Below, in pieces: positions 16,632 through 25,693 of a DNA stretch of 39,567 nucleotides. The stretch is from Candidatus Eiseniibacteriota bacterium (GTDB taxonomy: Bacteria; Joyebacterota; Joyebacteria; Joyebacterales; Joyebacteraceae): NCBI GenBank assembly GCA_043819135.1, contig JBDRFG010000044.1, positions 1-39,567 on the forward strand. The letters run 5' to 3'. The notes under the pieces are model-generated. The model was not told the DNA's origin. It saw nothing but the letters and a program-made list of their open reading frames with translations, and did not search any database. Position numbers and translations under genes: made by a program. Each line of letters opens with the position of its first letter. The stretch's first letter is position 1.

Positions 16632-19115
16632 CTACCATGAGTAGTCGAACTGAACGCGGAACGTGCCCGTGTCATTCCTGACGTACCATCCGTCGGGCTC
16701 AGGGTTCGTGGGTGGATCGTTCTCGTTGTAGGCCCTGGGATCGACGTACGTCAGCGGATACGAGTGGTCGTTCGACCACCGCAGCCTTAGCGCGACGTGG
16801 TCGGATATGCGATCCGAGATCGATATCCAGTACTTCACGGCCTGCCCGTCCATAACCTGGAAACTGCCGTCCTCGAACATCCACAGGAAGCCGTCGTAGT
16901 AGGTCACGGCGCCTACGATCTTGAGCCAATCGCTGACGTTGTGGGTTACCTGTGCCCCGACGGCGTACGACGGAACAGCCGCCGAACCGATGTCCGGATG
17001 GCCGCCGTCCGCGTCCACGTTGTCCGAGAGACGAGGCCTCGGCGGCCACTGGATCCATGACCGCGAGAACAGGAATTCCACCTCGTCGTATCTCGACAGC
17101 CTGTACTCGAGACTCACCCTCGATTCGACCTGATCGTAGTTCTGGGGCGTGAGCCAGTTTGACCCCAGCCGGCCCTGCCACTTGTGCCTCAGGTTCATCA
17201 CTATGTTGTAGATGGGCTGGAATCGCAGCTTCAGCACGACCCTCGAGTAGTCGGCGCCGTCGGCCTTCCGCTCCCACGTGTCGAACTCGAAGGAGGGAGT
17301 GAGGCGGTGCGAGAATCTGTATCTGGAATTCAGATAGAGCCCGCGCTCGGCCTGCGGCATGTAGGAGTTGTCGTACAACAGGCCATAGATGGGATCCTCG
17401 ACGTAGTACTGGTCCTCGAGAATGGTCCCTTTGTAACGCTTGTACTCCGAGAAACCCCGGTTGTACGGGTTGTCGAATCCCACGTCGTAGTCGCGGTAGA
17501 GCGCCAGCACGCTGAGGTTGCTGTAGGACGCGTAACCGTTCACCACGAAGGCCTTGGGGTCGTCGCCGAACTTCGTGAGTTCGCCGTCCGAATCGAGCCC
17601 CGCGTATTCACCCGCGAACGAGTAGTTGTCGTGGACCCACTGGAATTCGGCTCCGTACACGCGCCGGAACTTGCCGGGGCTGGTGTAGGAGCTGAAGTAC
17701 TCGCTGTCCACGTTGACGATGTTATCTTCGTCCGAGTCCGGCACTATCCAGCTGACGTCGTTCGTGCCGTCGGGGTCGTACGCCGCCTTGAAGAACCTGT
17801 TGTAGCGTGCTTCGTAACCCGAGAGCCCGACCCACGTGCCGGGGCCGAAGAGGTACTTGACGTTCCCGCCGAGGGTTCTCTCGTGAAGGACGTCACGCAT
17901 CGGGTCCATCCCTGCGGCCTCGAGGTCGTCGTTGTCGATCCGTGGCGTCATGATGATGTACTGGTTGGCCGTGCCGTCGGGATTAAGGACGGCGTCCTTC
18001 TTATCGTCGGAGTAGAACAGGATGCTCCTGACGTTCCCGACGTCAAACTCGGTCGCGACTCCGTGAAGCTGGAATTCCTGAGTCTGCGAAACATCGCCGA
18101 TGACACCGATGTAGCGCTTGTCCCAGCCGTGACCCGAGTTGCGCGGCTTGAAGAAGTCCGTGTTCTGCATCACGAGACCCTGGCCGAACGCAACGGCGTA
18201 GTTGCCGACGATGACGTTGTCGAAGTGAACGGGACCTGCGTCCTTGTTCTCGACCGTCACGTGGTACTTCAGCGCGTCGAATTCATCGCTGGCGCCAAAG
18301 CCGCTGTAGGCAAGGGCGCCCGCCCGAACGTCCTGACCCCATCTCAGTCGCAGCTTGTGCTGGTAGCTCGGGTTCGCGCGGCCGAGGTCGAGGCGGTCCC
18401 ACCACGTATCGAACGAGCCGTTCGCGGGGTTCCTGTCCTCCTGCAGGCACTCGCTGATGTCGAAGAACGAAGGAGTATCGTACACCCGGAACTGGTAGCT
18501 GCCCCTGAGTTCATCGGACTGATCGGTCTCCTTGTAGCGCACGAAGCTCCGCGCGTTGTAGTAGCCCCAGTAGGTGAGCCCCGGAACGTTGCGAAGAGCG
18601 CTCTGCTGCTCGATCCTGTTCTGCCTCGTGAAACGGTAGATGGCAGCCGCGTCCGGAGGCGAGAGAGACTGCAGATTCGCAATCTGCCAGTAGCTCGCCT
18701 CGTTGATGTTGAACGGGTCCTTCGCCAGATCGATCCAGTGATCCACGAGCGCCTCGCTGGCCCCTTCCTCAGCCTCCCAGCTGCGGATCCTGTAGTAGAT
18801 GTCGTTGACCCTCTTGAGTTCCTCGTCCTCGATCGGGACCGCGACTATCTTCACAAGCGGCTTAAGAAGATTGAGCTCCTTCTGTCCTATCTCGGGCAGC
18901 TCTCGCAGCTCGTACACGCTGGTGAAGTAGGACCTGAACTCCTTGCGCTCCCACATCGCGCGCGCCGCGCCCTCTGAGATCGGGAGCTTCATGATCTCCT
19001 CGAGCGTCGCGCGGTTCAGGTCCAGCGGTTCCTCCGCCCGAACACATGGGGCGATCGAGGTCAGAAACAGGCCGACCAGGATCGTGAGGAACCCCATGGC
19101 TTTCAATCGTCTCAT
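16632..19115 (-). CDS. Helix-hairpin-helix (ComEA-like, x2) domain protein fused to a large outer-membrane beta-barrel
   Basis: Signal peptide; LDLNRATLEEIMKLP..A.A....F.SV.EL..LPEIG and FNINEAS..QIANL.SL..DAAAI...ALRNVPGL; VGNYAVAFGQGLVM; many alternating aromatic strands; ends FRVQFDYSW (beta-signal). Confidence 0.8.
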   Translation of the reverse strand: MRRLKAMGFLTILVGLFLTSIAPCVRAEEPLDLNRATLEEIMKLPISEGAARAMWERKEFRSYFTSVYELRELPEIGQKELNLLKPLVKIVAVPIEDEELKRVNDIYYRIRSWEAEEGASEALVDHWIDLAKDPFNINEASYWQIANLQSLSPPDAAAIYRFTRQNRIEQQSALRNVPGLTYWGYYNARSFVRYKETDQSDELRGSYQFRVYDTPSFFDISECLQEDRNPANGSFDTWWDRLDLGRANPSYQHKLRLRWGQDVRAGALAYSGFGASDEFDALKYHVTVENKDAGPVHFDNVIVGNYAVAFGQGLVMQNTDFFKPRNSGHGWDKRYIGVIGDVSQTQEFQLHGVATEFDVGNVRSILFYSDDKKDAVLNPDGTANQYIIMTPRIDNDDLEAAGMDPMRDVLHERTLGGNVKYLFGPGTWVGLSGYEARYNRFFKAAYDPDGTNDVSWIVPDSDEDNIVNVDSEYFSSYTSPGKFRRVYGAEFQWVHDNYSFAGEYAGLDSDGELTKFGDDPKAFVVNGYASYSNLSVLALYRDYDVGFDNPYNRGFSEYKRYKGTILEDQYYVEDPIYGLLYDNSYMPQAERGLYLNSRYRFSHRLTPSFEFDTWERKADGADYSRVVLKLRFQPIYNIVMNLRHKWQGRLGSNWLTPQNYDQVESRVSLEYRLSRYDEVEFLFSRSWIQWPPRPRLSDNVDADGGHPDIGSAAVPSYAVGAQVTHNVSDWLKIVGAVTYYDGFLWMFEDGSFQVMDGQAVKYWISISDRISDHVALRLRWSNDHSYPLTYVDPRAYNENDPPTNPEPDGWYVRNDTGTFRVQFDYSW

Positions 19116-19138
19116 CGTGCCTCCCCTGGTTCACTCTG

Positions 19139-19167
19139 CGGAGAACCGGACCAGTCCGGGTTCTCCG
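19139..19167. other. Intergenic stem-loop within the operon
   Basis: CGGAGAACCGGA-CCAG-TCCGG(G)TTCTCCG is a 12-bp inverted repeat with one bulge, between the PorV-like and HhH-barrel genes. Confidence 0.5.
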
Positions 19168-19183
19168 GGTCGCCCGGACCGAC

Positions 19184-20065
19184 CTAGAACGCCACGCCCA
19201 ACCCGAAATGATGGCTGCCGGGCAGAGTGGCGTGCGAGGTGTAGCTGTAGTCGACGCGGACCGCCTGCCATCTGGCGCCGAACCCGGCCGAGACCCGGTT
19301 CGGGTTATTCTGCAGGCCGGCTCGCACCTTGAAAATGTCCGTGACCTCGGACTCAACGCCGAAACAGGCCCTCAGGTCCTCGTCGTCCTGTTTCTGCAGC
19401 TCGAGAGATGTCGTGACGCTACTGTACGGGCTGTAGGCCACTCCGGCCGTGAACCACTGGGGCAGGTCCTCGGTGTCCGTCTCTCCCATCTTCGGGTTGT
19501 TGATGTTCTTCATGAAGAACCCGAAGCTGGTCCTGCCTCGCAGCGTGCCGAGCACGCCCACGTCGAATCCGACGGTGTTCGCCGAGCCCAGGTCGTCTCC
19601 CGAGACGCTGGGCGCCTCGAAGGACAGACCGTAGAGATTCGCGGCGTAGCCGAACGCGAGCGAGGAGTGGACGTCCTTCATCAGCGAGAAGCCCTGTCCG
19701 AGCGTGATCGTATACTCTCTCTCGAGATCGACGTCGTTCTGCTGGACCTTGAACATCCTGGCGCCGAACCCGACAGTCCCGTAGCTCGTCGGCACCACCG
19801 CCGAGAGCGAACCGAGATCGAAGTAGGGATAGCCGAACAGGTCCACGTAACTCCCGTAGACGCCGATCGAGCTCTGGCCGGCCAGGCCGGCGGGGTTCGT
19901 AAATATGGCAGTCTCGTCGTCCGAAACCGCGACGAACGCTCCGCCCATGGCGCGGGCCCTGGGCGACAGGATGAGATTGTCGAACACGCCCTCTGCGTAG
20001 GTCGCGCACGGCACGAGCAGGACTGCCATCGCCGCGATGACGATGATCGTTCTTGCCCCTTTCAC
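19184..20065 (-). CDS. PorV/PorQ/PorP-like outer-membrane beta-barrel (T9SS shuttle-like)
   Basis: GTG at 20065 after AAGGAGG; signal peptide; SPRARAMGGAFVAVSDD..AIFTNPAGL; about 290 aa; FDVG.L, G...KNIN.P and DYSY..H..L..SHHFGLGVAF. Confidence 0.8.
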   Translation of the reverse strand: MKGARTIIVIAAMAVLLVPCATYAEGVFDNLILSPRARAMGGAFVAVSDDETAIFTNPAGLAGQSSIGVYGSYVDLFGYPYFDLGSLSAVVPTSYGTVGFGARMFKVQQNDVDLEREYTITLGQGFSLMKDVHSSLAFGYAANLYGLSFEAPSVSGDDLGSANTVGFDVGVLGTLRGRTSFGFFMKNINNPKMGETDTEDLPQWFTAGVAYSPYSSVTTSLELQKQDDEDLRACFGVESEVTDIFKVRAGLQNNPNRVSAGFGARWQAVRVDYSYTSHATLPGSHHFGLGVAF

Positions 20066-20125
20066 ATGTACCTCCTTCGGTGCTGAGACCATTCGTGTCA
20101 TCAACGTTCTTACCATCCGTTCCCG

Positions 20126-23100
20126 TTAGTCCAGCTTGATGCCGACGACTATCGGCACCGCCGCGCTGCTGCCTTCACCCGGTCCCCTGTCTCTGGCCAG
20201 AACGTGGCACAGATAGGCGCCCATCGGCACGCGCTTGCCCGCGTCGTCTCTTGCGTCCCACGTGGTCCGCTGCGGACCCAGGCAGATACCGTCGTAGACC
20301 GTGGCCACCTTTCTTCCCTTGAGGTCGAATATGCGCACCGTGACGTGGGTTGCCGCCGGAGCGTTGTAGTTGATCTCGATGGCCTCGTCGGAACTGAGAT
20401 CGAGCACGCGCGCGGATATCTCGATGTCCGCGCTCGCTGAGTACTGCGATTCCAGAATTTCCATGTCCCAGTCGTAGCGCGGCGACAGCTCGTAGCCTGA
20501 GAGGAAGGGCATGCTCTGGTCGTACTGCAGAATGACGCCCGTCATTCTCACGTGGTCGCCGACCGCGAACTGACTGAAGTCCAGGTCGTTGAAGTTCTGG
20601 TAGATCTGTATGGACCCCGAACCGTCGTCGATGTAGAGGGCGAAGCCCTGGACGCTCACGATGATCCCTGATGTCTGCACGAACAGGCCTTCGTTGTCCT
20701 CGTGGCCGACGTCGCCGGTCTCCATGACGATGGGCTCCACCGGGTCGAACCCGCGCGCCAGCACCGTCACGGAACTCGCCTCTATCTCCGTCGTCGCTCC
20801 GGCGCCGGAGCTGCTGCTGATGTAGTCGACGATCTCGCCGGTCGCCGAGACGAGGTCCCCCTCCCGCGCGGGCTTCTGCATCAGCCCGAACGCGAAAACG
20901 TTCACCCCGGCACCACCGGGCTCCTGGATGTACATGCTGGTGTACGTGGGCTGGAACACGCCTGGAGGAACGGTAGTGAAACCGACGGTCTTCACCGTCT
21001 GACCCGCCCGTATCGAGAAGCCGTTCTCGTCGTATTCCTGCACCGCGGTGATCGGGATCGTGGTCGCACCTATCTGCATCGCGCCCGAGAAGCTCTCCAT
21101 CGGGTTGCCGGCAATGTCGGCTACGCCGGCGACGTCGATCGAGTAGGACGCGCCGGGAGTCCGGTCGGTCGTGCGCAATAGGACCGTCCGCCCGTCGCGC
21201 GACAGCGTGGCCTCGAGGACCGTTACGCCGCCCCCAACGGTGTAGTTGGAATGGTTCTCCGCATCTGCGGGGTCCACCGGTTCGCTGAACACTACCAGCG
21301 CCAGGTTGTAGCTTGCGCCCGATGCGGAACTGACGGAAGGAGCCGTGGCGTCCGAATCGGGGTTCTGGTCGCCCGGTGTCGGGGCCGCCAGGAAGAAGTC
21401 GTCACGGCTCACGTCCGTGTCCGTGGAGACCGCATCCCTGGCGAGCGAGGTGTCCCGCGGCGGTGGCCCAGGGGTCCACGCGTCGTAGAGACCTCCCAGC
21501 CCGGGGGCGCCTGCGCACGGGTCCTCCTCCAGAAACACGGGATTGCGGTACTCGACCGAGTCCACGAGATAGTTCGTGGTCTGGTCGGTGTACAACAAGA
21601 TCGCCTCGTAGGCAGGCGTTCCATCGACGACCGTGCCGTTGCCGTCGGATCCGCCTATCAGTCGGATCTCCTGGCTAACGGACGCGTTGCCGTCGTCGGG
21701 GCTCACAAGGATCATGCTTCGCACGCCGTTGCCCTCCGAGTCGTGGTCCGTCCCGTAGGGATCGACCATCTCGAAGTCCGGCCACTCCCCGAACACCCGG
21801 TAGAAACCCGCAGTTTGGTTGCTATTGCTGAATACGGCGTCCTTGGCGATCACGACGTACTCGCCGCCCGCAAGCGCTGTCCCTTCGGGGAACGCCCAGA
21901 GGTTCGACCCACCGCACGCTCCCGAGTTGCTTATGTCGGTCAGCACCCAGCCCGTCAGATCGACCGCCGTCGCGCCCGGATTGTAGAGTTCGATGAATTC
22001 GGAGCGGTCGAGCAGATCGGCTCCGCCGGAGTGGGCGTAGATCTCGTTGATGAGCACGACTCCGGGTTCGGCGAAGACCCCGACTCCGATCTCGGGATGC
22101 GTCTGTATGCTGGCGAGGTCGCCGCCGTCATCCGCGGTCTTGACCTCGAACTGATAGTCGCCGGCCGACGAGGGCGCTATGACGCCCGCGAGCGTCACGG
22201 TCCCGGAATTCCCCTGGCTCAGCTCGCACCCCGTCACGACCACGACGTCGGGAGTCGCGGCCGCCACGGCGGTCGCCAGAGCGGGACCATCGAGAGTCAC
22301 GTCGGACGCGGAACCCGAGAAAGTCCATCCGCCCGGCACTCCGATCGACAGCTGCGTGAGCTCGCCGCCGTCCGCGCGGACGGTAAACGAGAGGTCGACC
22401 ATGTTGTCCGCAAACACGCGTCCTGGGTCGACGGTGGCAAACCCGCTGCCGGGACCGGTTGAAAGCACTTGAGACCTCATCGCGGGGAGTATCCCGTGAC
22501 CGGTCCCCGGGGCGGTCCTGATATCGGGGACTACGACACCGTAAATATCAAACGTCTCGAGCGGCTCGTCGGAGCCACACAGGTCCGTGTCGCTGTCGAA
22601 CCAGAGCCAGCAGTAGTAGTCCTCGTCCTCCACTCTCGTGCGGCGGTTGGACGGAGGGTCACCGCAGTTCACCCACGTGCTGCCGGGCGCGAGTGATACT
22701 CCTCTGACGACAGCGTAGCGTCCCTCGTATAACTCGTTGCCGGATTCCGAGATCTGGCGCGGTGTCAATTCGAGCGGTGCGGGAATCTCGTTGTCGCTGT
22801 TCACAACGACCATTCGCGTGTCCGGATACAGCGTTCTCACGATGAGCGCCGTCCTGCCGCTGCTCGTGGCGTGATCCACGTAGCCGGTAACCCGAACGCT
22901 GTCGCCCAGAGCGATGATGGGAGACGCCATCTCCGGCTGGAGTATGTTCACGCCTCCGGTCGCGTCCTGGATGTAAATGTCCGTGTTATCGTCCAGCGCC
23001 CCGGTCGCGACGACCGCCACACCTTGCACCGTCACGATGCTTCCCCTTAGCACCGGGAATCCGCTCGCGCCGTTCTCGTTGACGTCCGATATGGGGATGA

Positions 23101-23170
23101 CATCGGCGGCCGCCATCGCCGGCAAGGCGACGATGAACATCCCGATCAGAATTATCCGCATCACATGCAT
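20126..23170 (-). CDS. Large secreted modular protein: OB-fold pair + Ig-like + LTD + bacterial Ig + OB-fold pair + FlgD-Ig-like CTD
   Basis: Signal peptide; IPISDV..GSIVTVQGV..IYIQDATGGVNI..GDSVRVTG; VLINEIY..SEFIELYNP; VVFSEPVD...NYTV; IFDLKGRKV..WDARDD.G..VPMGAYL; ends PIVVGIKLD. Confidence 0.8.
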   Translation of the reverse strand: MHVMRIILIGMFIVALPAMAAADVIPISDVNENGASGFPVLRGSIVTVQGVAVVATGALDDNTDIYIQDATGGVNILQPEMASPIIALGDSVRVTGYVDHATSSGRTALIVRTLYPDTRMVVVNSDNEIPAPLELTPRQISESGNELYEGRYAVVRGVSLAPGSTWVNCGDPPSNRRTRVEDEDYYCWLWFDSDTDLCGSDEPLETFDIYGVVVPDIRTAPGTGHGILPAMRSQVLSTGPGSGFATVDPGRVFADNMVDLSFTVRADGGELTQLSIGVPGGWTFSGSASDVTLDGPALATAVAAATPDVVVVTGCELSQGNSGTVTLAGVIAPSSAGDYQFEVKTADDGGDLASIQTHPEIGVGVFAEPGVVLINEIYAHSGGADLLDRSEFIELYNPGATAVDLTGWVLTDISNSGACGGSNLWAFPEGTALAGGEYVVIAKDAVFSNSNQTAGFYRVFGEWPDFEMVDPYGTDHDSEGNGVRSMILVSPDDGNASVSQEIRLIGGSDGNGTVVDGTPAYEAILLYTDQTTNYLVDSVEYRNPVFLEEDPCAGAPGLGGLYDAWTPGPPPRDTSLARDAVSTDTDVSRDDFFLAAPTPGDQNPDSDATAPSVSSASGASYNLALVVFSEPVDPADAENHSNYTVGGGVTVLEATLSRDGRTVLLRTTDRTPGASYSIDVAGVADIAGNPMESFSGAMQIGATTIPITAVQEYDENGFSIRAGQTVKTVGFTTVPPGVFQPTYTSMYIQEPGGAGVNVFAFGLMQKPAREGDLVSATGEIVDYISSSSGAGATTEIEASSVTVLARGFDPVEPIVMETGDVGHEDNEGLFVQTSGIIVSVQGFALYIDDGSGSIQIYQNFNDLDFSQFAVGDHVRMTGVILQYDQSMPFLSGYELSPRYDWDMEILESQYSASADIEISARVLDLSSDEAIEINYNAPAATHVTVRIFDLKGRKVATVYDGICLGPQRTTWDARDDAGKRVPMGAYLCHVLARDRGPGEGSSAAVPIVVGIKLD

Positions 23171-23200
23171 ACGATCATCCTTTCAGTCCGATTACGCCCG

Positions 23201-24292
23201 TCAGTCCGTCAGCCCGATGCCGACGACGATCGGCGCCGTCGAAACGCTGACCTGCCCGTCCCTGTCTTCCACCTCGAGACGGCAGACGTACGCTCCCGCG
23301 GGAACCAGCCGCCGAAGGTCGTCGCGGCCGTCCCATCCGTTCATGCCTTCCTCGAAGAAATCGCCCTTCTGAAACTCGGGTATCGTCGAATAGCCCGTGT
23401 ACTCGCCCTCGGTCAGCGTCCGCACGACCCTGCCCTGAAGGTCGTAGATCTCCACCGTGACCGCTGCGCGGTCGGGCGCGAGATAGGCGATGGGTATCAC
23501 CTCGTTGCCGTCCGGCCTGAAGACCTGCGATGGGATCCGAAGCGTGGCGTTCGGATAGAACTCCGGATCGGGGAGCGGCGGCCCAACGGCCAGCTTCATG
23601 TCGCTCTGGAACCGCGGCGACAGCTCATAGCCGTCGAAGAACGGAGCCGTCCTGTCGTACTGCATGATGATGCCCGTTACGTCGATTGTGTCGCCGACGT
23701 CGTAGACGCCAAGGGCAACCTCGGGATTGGCCCCGTAGACCTGGACGTTGGCGCCGGACCACGGCTGGTGTATGTAGATGTCGTACGGCAGGTTCTCCTC
23801 GCGAACCACGCCGATGGTCCGACAGAGCCTGCCCTCGTTCCGTTCCATCGGCAGTTCCTGGAGGTTCAGGTACGTGGGCTCGAATTCGCCGTCGCCCTCC
23901 CCAACCATAGTCCACGAAACGCCGGAATTCGGCAGTACGATCTCCGTCGTCGAGCCGGCCCCGGTTCCGGAGCTCTGGTACTCCGTGACCGTACCCGTCA
24001 CGTCGATGGTGTCGCCCACGGCTGCTGTGACGAGACCGGGATTGAAGTTGTATACGTTGACTCCACAGCCTTCCCACTCGATGAAGAGCGAGGTCATGGT
24101 GGGCTGAAACAGCCCGGCTTCGGCCGTGACCACGCCTCGCACGGTCACGGTCTGCCCCTCGAGCGGCGACAACCCCATCGCGTCATACGCCTGAACGTCG
24201 CAGATCGTCACGGCAAGCCCGGCTACCGGCGCCGCCGTCAGGATCGCGAGGGCGACCGCCAGAATCACCCCACCTCTCCGCCTCCGCATCAT
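23201..24292 (-). CDS. Secreted OB-fold pair protein with FlgD-Ig-like CTD (paralog of the C-terminal third of 20126-23170)
   Basis: ATG at 24292 with AGGAGG RBS; signal peptide; SPLEGQTVTVRGVVTA, VGDTIDVTGTVTEY, ERNEGRL and GYELSPR; IYDLQGRVVRTL..WDGRDD..VPAGAY; ends PIVVGIGLTD. Confidence 0.8.
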   Translation of the reverse strand: MMRRRRGGVILAVALAILTAAPVAGLAVTICDVQAYDAMGLSPLEGQTVTVRGVVTAEAGLFQPTMTSLFIEWEGCGVNVYNFNPGLVTAAVGDTIDVTGTVTEYQSSGTGAGSTTEIVLPNSGVSWTMVGEGDGEFEPTYLNLQELPMERNEGRLCRTIGVVREENLPYDIYIHQPWSGANVQVYGANPEVALGVYDVGDTIDVTGIIMQYDRTAPFFDGYELSPRFQSDMKLAVGPPLPDPEFYPNATLRIPSQVFRPDGNEVIPIAYLAPDRAAVTVEIYDLQGRVVRTLTEGEYTGYSTIPEFQKGDFFEEGMNGWDGRDDLRRLVPAGAYVCRLEVEDRDGQVSVSTAPIVVGIGLTD

Positions 24293-24379
24293 CGATGCCT
24301 CCTGGAATTGGGTGCTACCCGTCAGTTCGTCCGTCTGTTTGAAAGTCCCAACCCCGCGTCGCCGCGGGCCGCACATCCG

Positions 24380-25660
24380 TTACTGCCTGGCCAACTCCGC
24401 ATTCACGAGCCGCGCGGCCTCCGCAAGGGCCTCGGGCGAAGTCATCCGCTGCCTGAGCGCACTCTCGACGCCCACCTCTTCCAGGTGCTTGCGCCCGGCG
24501 TACCACGCCGCCGACCTCGGCTCGTATGACGCGAACTCGAGCTGCCGGAGAACGTCCTCCAGCCCCTGTATCTCTGCGAATCGAGCCACCATCGCCCCAG
24601 ACTCCATCGCGCTCATTCTGACTGGTGCGTAGCCGGTGCGCGCGGCCCACCGTGCGCTGATCTCGGGAGTCGTGAACCACTTGATGAACTTCCACGCGGC
24701 GTCCTTCTGCGCCTGAGACGCGTCCGAGAAGATGACGACGTTGGTCCCGGCGACGTAGCAGCCCTTCCCCTTCTGCTGGGGCAGGGGCGCGACCGCCATG
24801 TCGAACGTGTACTTCCCCTCCATGAACGAGAGCGACACGGTGGAGCCCTCGATCATCGCGACCTTGCCGGCCTGGAAGTCGTTCTGATACTCGTAGCCGG
24901 AGGTCACCTTGCCCCATCTGGTCAGGAGCCTGACCATAAGATCGAGAGCCTCCACGCCCTCCGGGCTGTCGAACGCCACGGCCGATCCGTCGTCCGTCAG
25001 GATCCGGCCGCCGTTCTGGAGCAGCAAGTTCTCGAACATCCACGCGCTGATCTGGCCTGCTGTCCCCCACTGGTCCGTCTCACCGTCGCCGTTCGTGTCC
25101 TTGGTCAGCCGGCGCGCGAACTCCTCGTACTCCGACCAATTGGCCGGAGCGCGGTCGAGATTCGCGGCGGAGAAAAGGTCCTTGTTCCAGTAGATGGCTC
25201 TGACGCTCTTGTTGAACGGGAACGAGTAGACGATGCCGTCCCACGAGTTGTTGTCGAGCATCCCCGGTACGAAATCATCGAGTTCGGCGGCCGTCAGGCC
25301 GTCCGCGCCGTCGATGTAGCCGTTCAGCGGCTCGGCGCTGCCGTTCTCGATGAGTTCGCCCGTCCACGCCTCGTAGGCCTGCGCGAGAACCGGCGGCTGG
25401 CCCGCCGCGACGGCGGCCATGATCTTCTGGGAGAGAGCCTGATATCTCCCCATGCTGACCGACTCGATGTCGATCCCGGGATGGGTCTCGTTGAACTCGG
25501 CCACGAGTTCGTCCAGCGCGTCCCCGAGCGGACCTCCCATCGCGTGCCAGAACTGCACCGTGACCATACCGGCATTCGACTCGTCACCGCCACCGCCGCA
25601 TCCCGCAACAAGCACCCCGGCTGCGAGCAGCGTGGTTGCGACCATCGCAAATCGTTTCAT
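24380..25660 (-). CDS. ABC transporter substrate-binding lipoprotein, UgpB-like (CUT1 family)
   Basis: Lipobox VAG|C; VQFWHAMGG, FNETHP.I.I, SFPFNKS, F.AGKVAM and AAWKFIKWF..PE...W...TGY.P. Confidence 0.9.
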   Translation of the reverse strand: MKRFAMVATTLLAAGVLVAGCGGGGDESNAGMVTVQFWHAMGGPLGDALDELVAEFNETHPGIDIESVSMGRYQALSQKIMAAVAAGQPPVLAQAYEAWTGELIENGSAEPLNGYIDGADGLTAAELDDFVPGMLDNNSWDGIVYSFPFNKSVRAIYWNKDLFSAANLDRAPANWSEYEEFARRLTKDTNGDGETDQWGTAGQISAWMFENLLLQNGGRILTDDGSAVAFDSPEGVEALDLMVRLLTRWGKVTSGYEYQNDFQAGKVAMIEGSTVSLSFMEGKYTFDMAVAPLPQQKGKGCYVAGTNVVIFSDASQAQKDAAWKFIKWFTTPEISARWAARTGYAPVRMSAMESGAMVARFAEIQGLEDVLRQLEFASYEPRSAAWYAGRKHLEEVGVESALRQRMTSPEALAEAARLVNAELARQ

Positions 25661-25693
25661 TGTCTCCTCCGTCCGGCCCCTCGTGCCCGACCG

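Noticed and set aside
17184..18977. 597-aa plus-strand ORF (and similar ones at 2859-4226, 11831-13081, 21251-22462, 23165-24529, 36587-37768)
   Set aside because: These are mirror-frame ORFs produced by the codon bias of the minus-strand genes, with no RBS or domain support.
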